A stretch of DNA of 64,000 nucleotides from assembly GCA_000165345.1 (NCBI GenBank), contig CM000436.1:416001-480000 (forward strand). Direction: 5' to 3'. Below are positions 40,524 to 49,116 of the stretch, one piece after another. The notes below the pieces were generated by a model. It saw only the letters and a list, made by a program, of their open reading frames with translations. It had not been told where the DNA came from and made no database searches. Within the stretch, counting starts at the first letter, position 1, and each line of letters begins with the position of its first letter. The translations under genes and the position numbers were made by a program.

Positions 40524-40966
40524 TTAAATTAACCTAAATTTGCTACCTTTAATTATTATTACTGACATTTTTTTCCGATACCCTTATTTTCTCTTTGCAT
40601 GCATGCATGTAGTTCATTCCTAGAACTCGAACATTTGGGTTTCACTGCCATAATTTAGAAAATAAAACTTAAATAAAATACTTAAAATACTTATTACTAA
40701 TAATAATGATAATAATAATCGAGGTCACATATCTTTTTCTACTTTTATTTAAAAAAAAATACATAGAAATATCATTACGATGTTTTTTTTTATCTGTAAA
40801 ATGTTTTTTAAAAAAAGAAAATATATCAATTCCCGATTCTATTATTGGCCCATATAATGCTTCATAGTGTATTATCATCCTCCGATTTACTCCACTTTCG
40901 ATTCTTTTATTCCCATCTAATGAGGAATTTTTCTTTTGTCCTTTCCTATTTTATTATCATCTTTTA

Positions 40967-42448
40967 TTACTTAGAATGTTGAATATAATTGTCTCTTGGA
41001 TAATACTTTTGTAATAAATCATGCTTAATCTTCTTAAGCATATCTTCAGGGAATGTTCTAAGAAGTTCCCAAGCAAGATCCAAACTCTCAAAAATATCTC
41101 TCTTCTCATATGGACCTTGAGAAAGGAACTTGGACTCGAATTTACTAGTGAACTCAAGATATAATAAATCATCAGCTGAAAGAGCTTCCTCTCCTACAAC
41201 TGCTACCATAGCTCTAGTATCCTGGCCAATAGCATAATTAGCATAAAGTTGATCAGAAACTGATGGATGATCTTCTCTAGTTAAACCAGTACCAATACCA
41301 GACTTCATAAGACGAGACAATGATGGTAAAACATTAATTGGTGGATAAATCTGTCTGTTATAGAGAGCTCTATCAACAAAGATCTGTCCTTCTGTAATGT
41401 AACCAGTAAGATCTGGAATTGGATGGGTAATATCATCATTTGGCATTGTTAAAATTGGGAATTGAGTAATTGAACCATTTCTACCCTCAATTCTTCCAGC
41501 TCTTTCATAAATAGTTGAAAGATCTGTATACATATAACCAGGATAACCTCTTCTACCAGGAACTTCCTCTCTCGCAGCAGAAACCTCTCTAAGAGCATCT
41601 GCATAAGAACTCATATCAGTCATAACAACAAATACATGTAAATCCTTCTCATAAGCCAAGTACTCTGCTGTTGTTAATGCCAATTTTGGAGTTAAAATTC
41701 TTTCAATAGTTGGATCATTAGCTAAATTCAAAAAGAGGCATACTCTTTCCATAGAACCATTTTCCTCAAAATCACGTCTAAAGAATCTTGCAGTCTCCAT
41801 ATTAACTCCCATAGCAGCAAATACTACAGCAAAATTATCATCAGAATGATCCATAACATCTTTTCCGGATACTAGAGAAGCTTGACGGCAAATTTGTGCA
41901 CCAATATCATTATGTGGAAGTCCTGCAGCAGAAAATAATGGAATCTTCTGACCTCTAACAACTGAGTTCATAACATCAATTGCAGAAATTCCTGTCTGAA
42001 TCATTTCTCTTGGATGAACTCTACAGTATGGATTAATTGGACTACCATTAATATCAATATAATCTTCAGCAAAAATTGGAGGGCCATTATCAATTGGTTT
42101 TCCGCTTCCATTAAATGTTCTACCCAACATATCTTCTGTTATTGGCATACACAATACATCCCCAGTAAATTCAACTCTACATGATTGATTGTCAATGCCT
42201 GTAGTACCCTCAAATACTTGCACAACAGCTCTACTTCCTTTGACCTCCAAAACTTGTCCTTCTCTAATAGAACCATCTCCCAAAGTAATTCTTACAATTT
42301 CATTGTATTTTGGGAACTTTACATTATCTAAAATTACTAATGGACCTTGAACTCCTGAAACTGTTCTATACTCCATTCTAGGAGCGATATTATAGTTTCG
42401 TGTAACTGCTGCTACATTTGCCTCATAAGCCTGGCCTGAAGTTACCAT
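40967..42448 (-). CDS. ATP6V1B: Vacuolar H+-ATPase subunit B (V1 B)
   Basis: Unmistakable V-ATPase B sequence throughout ([24 protein letters not shown] ... [10 protein letters not shown] ... [23 protein letters not shown] ... ). Confidence 0.95.
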   Translation of the reverse strand: MVTSGQAYEANVAAVTRNYNIAPRMEYRTVSGVQGPLVILDNVKFPKYNEIVRITLGDGSIREGQVLEVKGSRAVVQVFEGTTGIDNQSCRVEFTGDVLCMPITEDMLGRTFNGSGKPIDNGPPIFAEDYIDINGSPINPYCRVHPREMIQTGISAIDVMNSVVRGQKIPLFSAAGLPHNDIGAQICRQASLVSGKDVMDHSDDNFAVVFAAMGVNMETARFFRRDFEENGSMERVCLFLNLANDPTIERILTPKLALTTAEYLAYEKDLHVFVVMTDMSSYADALREVSAAREEVPGRRGYPGYMYTDLSTIYERAGRIEGRNGSITQFPILTMPNDDITHPIPDLTGYITEGQIFVDRALYNRQIYPPINVLPSLSRLMKSGIGTGLTREDHPSVSDQLYANYAIGQDTRAMVAVVGEEALSADDLLYLEFTSKFESKFLSQGPYEKRDIFESLDLAWELLRTFPEDMLKKIKHDLLQKYYPRDNYIQHSK

Positions 42449-42696
42449 CTTTCTGTAATTACTATCACTCTGAAAAAGACTATTATAACTTCTTCAAATT
42501 TTTTATTTATTATCCTAAATTTATAATATTTATATTTTTTTAGGACTCCAAATTTTCAGTGATATTTCCTTTTTTTTTCCTTATTCAATACAAAAAAAAA
42601 TTCTTAAATTTCTTCAATTCAAATTATATTCCCACCAATATTAATATTCCCTCTCGCCTTTTCTTTATTATTAATCAATAGCTTTGAATTTAGTAA

Positions 42697-42721
42697 ATAT
42701 ATATATATATATATATATATA
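42697..42721. repeat. (AT)12 dinucleotide microsatellite in the V-ATPase B / gene-19 divergent intergenic region
   Basis: Direct reading. Confidence 0.9.
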
Positions 42722-43250
42722 CTCTTATTTATTTATTAGACTGTAAACAATTTCCCGGTAAAAAAGTACGCAATTTATTATCTCACATAATTCTTTATTA
42801 ATTTTTTTTTTATTATTAATTTACTTTTATTTATTTTTCCTTTTGATAAATTAATCTTTGTTTCCTTCGATATTTATATCCCAAATTTTTCATTTATACT
42901 AATATTTTCAACTAGGCGCCATATGTCTCTAACATCCCGCATGTTTTTGTACCGCCATTATATAGTTTAATGCCAAGACGAATTTAGGCGGGTACTTTTA
43001 ATAAATATTTTTTCCCAATAAATAATTGGGGGAAAGAGAAAACCCATATGAAAAAAAAAGAAAAAGGTGCCATAGTAAAAGAGCACCAAGTGACGGAGCA
43101 AAGTATTTTTTTCAAGGTTAAAAATTAATATTCCATATTAATTTTTATTCTTTATATTTGAAGAGGGATCAGAATCACTTTTACTTTCGAGTGTACAATA
43201 TTACCATTAACTTGTATTGAGGTGATTATTACCAATTATAGTATAATAAG

Positions 43251-44696
43251 ATGCCACCCAAATCAAAAGGTCAGACTATCCAACTTAGGGACTTGCAAAG
43301 AATGGCATATGAGAATGGGGAAGTAATGGAAGGAATTTTGCCAACTCAAAGTCTTGGTCTTGAAAGGACTGATAGTTATAATAGTAATCGAGGCGGTAGT
43401 AGAATGTCGAGTAGATATGATAATGATGAGAAGATTGCTCAAATGCTTGAAACAGACTGGAGAAAAGGCAGAGATGGTGGTGATCTTCAAAGAACAAACT
43501 CTAAATCCGGAAGAGATAGATTTAATCGACCAGATATCGATGATGCAATTTATAATACCAATTGGAGAGATGATGCAGGTAGATCCACAGAAAAGCCAAA
43601 ACCTGAGCTGGATTTTAGAAGGGGTACATCTAAAAATTATGATAACTCTTCTGAACCCAGCTCAATCAACTTCAATTGGCGAGATAGCTCCAATTCTGCG
43701 CAAAGTGGTACAGGATCATCTTCAGGTTTTGGATCAAGATTTGGACGTGAAAACTCTGCTAAAGTGCATGTTGACGATAGACCAGACTATCTGAAGAATA
43801 GATTTAAGAAGAGGACTGATATTGAAAATACTACCCAAAGTAATGGTAGTAACAATGTTACCAATAGCTCAAATATTGATAATATTTCCTTTTCTCAAAA
43901 ACTTAATATTTCAGATCCCAAGCCATCATCTAATACGGCTAGTAACCATTCTTCATCTCTTAACGGTATTTTGAATTTGAATAATAGGCCACAGCAATCC
44001 AATAATACTCAAACAACTTCCAAGGTTGAGAAGAAACCAAAACAAGTTAAGAAGATTCAACCTGTTAAGGAAACGAAAAAAATCGACGATTCTGAAACAA
44101 ATCTTGCATTATGGGAAGTTTCTGATCCAATAATTTTGAACACATTTGAAAAAGAGTTATTTGCATTCTTAACTGGAGAAACCCCAAAAGAAAATTCTTC
44201 TCCAGCTTCCCCAATTGAACCTAACACATACTCACCCCCAAGTTCTGATAAAATACATGGATTTATTTCAAACTTTGTAGAAAAATCCATTTCTCCTGAG
44301 GATTCACAATCTCTTTCAATTATTGCCAAGCTTTCCCATGTATTTACTTTATTCTCAACTGCAATGCGCTGTATTGATGACGTTATTTTACTCTCTAAAA
44401 GTCTCTCACCAATATTTAATCACTTTATTACCAAAAACAAAGCGGGAGAAGCTACTGCAAAGCTTTACATCCTTATTGAGATTCAAAGAATGGCTTCTGT
44501 GATCGGAAATCCGAAAGTTGATAATGTTACTAGTATTCTTGAGTCTCTATGGATTTCACTTTTAAAATCCAAAATCGTTTCTAGAGATACATTCAATCTT
44601 TGGCTAAGTAAGAATGATCTTTTAGGTGAAGATAGCAAGCTTGGAAGAAAAAACGCTCTCTTTGAGGTAAGTTTATTCCTTTTTGGAGTTGATTAA
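43251..44696 (+). CDS. Hypothetical protein: RG/S/N-rich disordered N-terminal half plus alpha-helical C-terminal domain (possible W2-like). A GTAAGT donor at 44667 suggests the true gene may continue into a short downstream exon
   Basis: ORF track. N-terminal half is low complexity (NRGGSRMSSR, GSSSGFGSRFGRENS). C-terminal 200 aa are helical with conserved-looking aromatic/Leu spacing (LWEVSDPIILNTFEKELFAFL ... SLWISLLKS). Confidence 0.5.
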   Translation: MPPKSKGQTIQLRDLQRMAYENGEVMEGILPTQSLGLERTDSYNSNRGGSRMSSRYDNDEKIAQMLETDWRKGRDGGDLQRTNSKSGRDRFNRPDIDDAIYNTNWRDDAGRSTEKPKPELDFRRGTSKNYDNSSEPSSINFNWRDSSNSAQSGTGSSSGFGSRFGRENSAKVHVDDRPDYLKNRFKKRTDIENTTQSNGSNNVTNSSNIDNISFSQKLNISDPKPSSNTASNHSSSLNGILNLNNRPQQSNNTQTTSKVEKKPKQVKKIQPVKETKKIDDSETNLALWEVSDPIILNTFEKELFAFLTGETPKENSSPASPIEPNTYSPPSSDKIHGFISNFVEKSISPEDSQSLSIIAKLSHVFTLFSTAMRCIDDVILLSKSLSPIFNHFITKNKAGEATAKLYILIEIQRMASVIGNPKVDNVTSILESLWISLLKSKIVSRDTFNLWLSKNDLLGEDSKLGRKNALFEVSLFLFGVD

Positions 44697-45131
44697 TTAA
44701 AGTTGAAATATGAAAGATGGTCGATTAAGGACCAATTCTTGGGATTATGTGTGCTATTTATGGCCAAAACATCCTGTAATTTTGTTTAAGTTAATAATAT
44801 ATGTTGTAACTTGAGACTTTTACAATATGCTTTGGCCAAGATTCAATTTGAAAGATTTAGGTTATTTACAATCCATGGACTATAAATTGTCATATGATTT
44901 TGAACCAATTGTATCGCAAATTGGTCAATTTGTTCATTTTCATTTTGATATTTTGGTCTCATTTTAAGATATTGTTTATAATAAAGGCCTTTCATACATA
45001 TCCATATTACATACACAATTTCCAAGCACTTAATAGAGATCCCAAAATTTTACACATATTTTCTCATAATATTAATCAACTTATATATAATCACAATTCA
45101 ATTTTTATTATTACCTTAATGCTTTTTTTAG

Positions 45132-45212
45132 TTGACTGCATTCTTTGATTGGCTTAATCATGACGAAGTAGCTTTTTCAGAAGAGGAAAATGAAGATGAT
45201 GAAGATTTTTAA
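45132..45212 (+). CDS. Possible terminal exon of the 43251 gene, encoding an acidic/aromatic box (LTAFFDWLNHDEVAFSEEENEDDEDF*)
   Basis: Phase-0 donor GAG|GTAAGT at 44666/44667. Phase-0 acceptor ctttttttag| at 45130-31. 26 stop-free codons ending with an AA-box-like motif typical of W2 domains. The implied intron (465 nt) is long for this genome, so this is speculative. Confidence 0.3.
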   Translation: MTAFFDWLNHDEVAFSEEENEDDEDF

Positions 45213-45668
45213 TTAACTATTAATATAACCACTCCATCTTTCACTCTGTATTAACACATTTATTCCACGTTTAGTAGCTTGATATTTATAATTATACTCT
45301 GCTTCTGATACTATTTATATGTAAAATTGACTTTTATTCAGTTTAATGCTCTTGTGCATTTTTATTGTAATTATTTAAAAAAATTTAATGTGGACGGCTG
45401 ACGTAGCTAAAAAGAGAATTTCTTTTTATATATAATTTTATAAATTGTGTGTATTTTGAATATAAAATAAATTAATTCCAAAATTGGAAAACCAGAGTAA
45501 AATGCATGCAATTTTGAATTTTTAGATTATTGAAAAGTACTAGAAGATTATTAAAGCTGAGTTTGTGTGATCATTAAATTAACCATAATTAGAATCAAGA
45601 CTTAGTGAACTTTCTTTGAATATTTGTGGTAAACTTGATTTAGAATTACTTTTTAAATTAATGTAAAA

Positions 45669-45998
45669 ATGGCAGATCCAAGTGCTATGCTTAATTATAA
45701 TGCTGAACTGATGAAATGCCTGGAAGAATTGAAGGAAAAAAGGGATGAAGTCAACAGGCAAATAAAGAGGGAAGAAGAGGATAAGGCAAAGATCCAGCGT
45801 GAATTAGGGATTCTGAATGAACGTTTGAAAAGAGTATCTGAAAGTCTTCAAAGAAAAACAATCGCAAGAGCTGAATATGATAAGACCATTCAAGAGATTG
45901 AAGGAGCATACACTAAAATCTTGGAATCTTCTCAAACTCTTCTCCATGTGTTAAAGAGAGAATCTGTTAATCTATCCAATCCAAAGAAGAGGGCTTGA
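45669..45998 (+). CDS. SSNA1: SSNA1/NA14/DIP13 coiled-coil microtubule-associated protein
   Basis: Near end-to-end similarity to SSNA1: [96 protein letters not shown] versus human [22 protein letters not shown] ... [23 protein letters not shown]. Confidence 0.85.
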   Translation: [109 protein letters not shown]

Positions 45999-46347
45999 TT
46001 TGAGCATAGTATTAAAAATATATAAAAGAAGGCCAAAAACTGGTGTATCTTCTTTAAGTTTTGTCTTTAGAATCACTTGTAAGAAGGTGGAAAGCTGAAT
46101 TTCTTGTACTATTATGTTTTTCCATCATGATACAAGTATTATACTTTTATGATGAGATTACAATTAGTTGAGTCTTTCTTTTTTCTTGATAAGTCACTTA
46201 TATATAAACAAAATGCTTTTTTTTCGTAATGAAGTGCTTGTTAGATATTTGAAAATTCTAGTAAATAAACAATTGTGGCTTAAAATTAGCTCAAGTTAAG
46301 AATTGGAAAAAGTATAAAATAAAAAAGCTTACCAAAAACTCAAGCTC

Positions 46348-47787
46348 TTAACCCCATGTCTCCTTTAAAATAGTTGATAAATCCTCCTTTGTAACTGTTG
46401 CAGGATTTGTATGAATAGCTTCATCACTTAAAGCTCTAGAAATCATTCTATCCAAGTTCATTTGTAATGTATTGAAATTTAAATTATCAATTACACTCTT
46501 TTTACTAAGAATTGGTATTGTCCTCAATGCATTTTCTTCTGTAACATAGGCTCGAGTTTCTTTATCAGATATTGAAAATGATCCAGATACATGATTGATA
46601 AATTCTTGATTATCTATTTCTATACATTGCGAGAATACTGACAATTTAACACCTATTGGGTCAAACCATCCTTTAGACTTGAAATTAGATAGAGAAGAAT
46701 GAATTGAACTGAGAGAATCTGGAAGTAAGAGAGTCTTTTTTATTTCATCAATTCTGTTTAAAAGTGCCTGTATTTTATTAGAATTTGAATCTTCTGGGTT
46801 ACTTATTCCAAGTTCAACTGAAAGATTTGCAATCAAAGGCCCCACAGTCTGGCTTTTCTTTATATTAAAGTTGAGCACTTGAGTAATCACAATACTGTCA
46901 ATAAGTCCATGAGGAAGTGTAAATACTTCTGAAATACTTCTGGATAAGATTGTTCCAAGACCTACATCAGTTGCTGAAATTGCAACTCCAGATATTGAAG
47001 CAGCCTTATGGATTTCTTGCAATAAACTAATATCCTTCTCAATGACAGCTTTAGTCAAACTATTAAATAAAATTCTTAAAGACTGAATAGCCATACATGA
47101 TGAATAATGGTTTGAAGAATTACTAATGTAAGACTCTAATCCATGAAGAAGAGCTCTCATACCTGTAATAGAAGCCACAAACATTGGAATTGTTAATATG
47201 AAACTCGAGTCTATTACTGATATATCTGGTAAAAACGCCACACCTGAAACTATCATTTGTCTGCCATCATCATTCCTTAAAACCGCCGTAGATGTCACTT
47301 CTGACCCAGAACCACATGTTGTCGGAATGCATACCAACTTCTTTATTAAACTCCCTCTTCTATGTATCATTGCCTTTTTTGAACTCTTTTCCTTATCATT
47401 ATTGTTAGTTCCCATTGCAAGTGAACGCAAAGTCGTATTCGGATCCTCGTATAAAACTCTTAGTACTTTTGCTATATCCATACAATGTCCTCCACCCATC
47501 CCTATTATACAGTCAGGCTTATATGATTTCATCTGCAAAAGAATTGTGCTTAATGCATTCGCATCTGACTCACATAGCTCAGAAAACTCTATTTGAATTC
47601 CATTCTTCTTCACCATCGACTCAACTCTCATCGCCTGACATTTTACTGCTGAAGAAAATACCAATATGGCTCGCCCCACATTTGAATCCAACAAATCTGA
47701 GATTATATCTCTAAAGGAATCCATATTATAGTATATTATTGGTGTAAGAATTAACATTTTTTTTATCTTAACAACTATATTAATCAA
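46348..47787 (-). CDS. Iron-containing alcohol dehydrogenase (Fe-ADH family), monofunctional paralog of the AdhE C-terminal domain
   Basis: Fe-ADH motifs KPDCIIGMGGGHCMDIAKVLRVLYEDP and KLVCIPTTCGSGSEVTSTAVL. Collinear with the ADH half of the adjacent AdhE (KPDCLIGFGGGSPMDASKLVRLMYEHP and RFICIPTTSGTGAEMTPFAVI). Confidence 0.8.
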   Translation of the reverse strand: MINIVVKIKKMLILTPIIYYNMDSFRDIISDLLDSNVGRAILVFSSAVKCQAMRVESMVKKNGIQIEFSELCESDANALSTILLQMKSYKPDCIIGMGGGHCMDIAKVLRVLYEDPNTTLRSLAMGTNNNDKEKSSKKAMIHRRGSLIKKLVCIPTTCGSGSEVTSTAVLRNDDGRQMIVSGVAFLPDISVIDSSFILTIPMFVASITGMRALLHGLESYISNSSNHYSSCMAIQSLRILFNSLTKAVIEKDISLLQEIHKAASISGVAISATDVGLGTILSRSISEVFTLPHGLIDSIVITQVLNFNIKKSQTVGPLIANLSVELGISNPEDSNSNKIQALLNRIDEIKKTLLLPDSLSSIHSSLSNFKSKGWFDPIGVKLSVFSQCIEIDNQEFINHVSGSFSISDKETRAYVTEENALRTIPILSKKSVIDNLNFNTLQMNLDRMISRALSDEAIHTNPATVTKEDLSTILKETWG

Positions 47788-48086
47788 TATTTACCCAAAT
47801 TTTCTCAAAAAAAAAATACTCTTTAGCTCAAAAAAATACTTTAAATGACTATTTTTCACAACAAATTGTCCAACTGCCATTACTGTCAAAAGTGCATGCA
47901 AACATGCAATTTATTCTCTACATTACGTCATTCCACTTAGGCGCCAAACCTTAAGTAAAATCCTATACCGGGTAATATATTGAAAAAAAATTATATTAAT
48001 GGATCAACCAAAAATTGTACAAAAATATTAAAAGTCGTCTCAGATGGTTCCTAAAGTTAACAAATTAGTTTGATGTTTATTAATAC

Positions 48087-48496
48087 TTGGTTATTTATAC
48101 TCTAATTGGGAGTAACATTTTAATAATGACCGAGATTGAGGTAGCTTTGAGTTTTACTTCGTTTTTAATGCTTGTACTTACAAGTAGTATTCCTAATTTG
48201 TACAGATACATTGCATTGCTGTTAATTGAATTATGTTCGTGTATTATTGTTTCCATTCTACTTATTATCAAGCCCAAGTCTAATCAACGTTCTCTCTTAC
48301 CCACTATTGCATTAATTTCATATTCACTTATTAATGGTTTTATTGGAACTATTCTAACTATTTTTACTGCTTTTTTCTTGGGAGCTCACCTTGTTGACTT
48401 TGGAACCATTGTATTGTCTCTTTATTTTGGATTGGTTACTTTTAGAACATGTATATTTACTGGTTTTAAAAGTCTATTAGTTATGATTATTAAAAG
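48087..48496 (+). CDS. Small multi-pass membrane protein, exon 1. The track ORF ends at 48500 on a TAA that overlaps a GTAAGT donor
   Basis: 136 codons, almost entirely hydrophobic helices. ORF terminates ...ATT AAA AG|GTAAGT, i.e. the stop codon is part of a consensus splice donor. Confidence 0.35.
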
Positions 48497-48736
48497 GTAA
48501 GTGTATAAGTATAATGAGGAGAAATAAACAAGAAAAGTATATATTGGTCTCAAATGATTAAAACACTTAAGGGGTTTAAATGAGCTTAATATTTTATTAT
48601 TAAGTGATTTAAAAAAAAGAAATTGAATCTTTTCAATTTTATGATGAGCAAATATATCTACAAGAGAAAAATCCAAGCAAGTCAATTTTTCTCCTTTTTC
48701 TTTTATTCAATAATTTTAACTATTTAAATTATTTAG

Positions 48737-48953
48737 TCCTACTTTAAAGCCAAAAGATAGTAATATTGCTCCTATATTCTATTCTGCCTTATTAGCTTAC
48801 TTTTCTTGTTTTTCATGTATTCTTCAGTCAAACAACAACCTATTAAAATGGCCAAATTTTATACTCTTAGGAGCTGTTTTTGGAAGATTTCTAGGTACAT
48901 TATACAAGCTTTTTACTGGGAAGCCAAATGGTAAAAGCAAATCAAAAGAATAG
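48737..48953 (+). CDS. Possible exon 2 of the 48087 membrane-protein gene (S PTLKPKDSNIAPIFYSALLAYFSCFSCILQSNNNLLKWPNFILLGAVFGRFLGTLYKLFTGKPNGKSKSKE*)
   Basis: Acceptor aattatttag| at 48735-36 restores phase 2 from the donor. 72 stop-free codons encoding two further TM helices and a basic tail. Intron would be 240 nt. Confidence 0.3.
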
Positions 48954-49116
48954 ATCTTGTATGAATTAATTTAGAAGTATTTAGTATTAAGAAAATTATC
49001 AAGTATTTTAATATTTTGTTTATTATTTAGCAACTATTAGTCTTATATTATCTGTACTATTGAAATTTTCCAATTTTGACAATATTAAGTATTTTTAATG
49101 TACTTAATCTCAGTAA

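Noticed and set aside
40582-40600. Calling an ncRNA gene at the TGCATGCATGCATG element between the convergent kinase and V-ATPase genes
   Set aside because: No structural or sequence evidence for an RNA gene beyond a promoter-like motif. Kept only as a finding to test.
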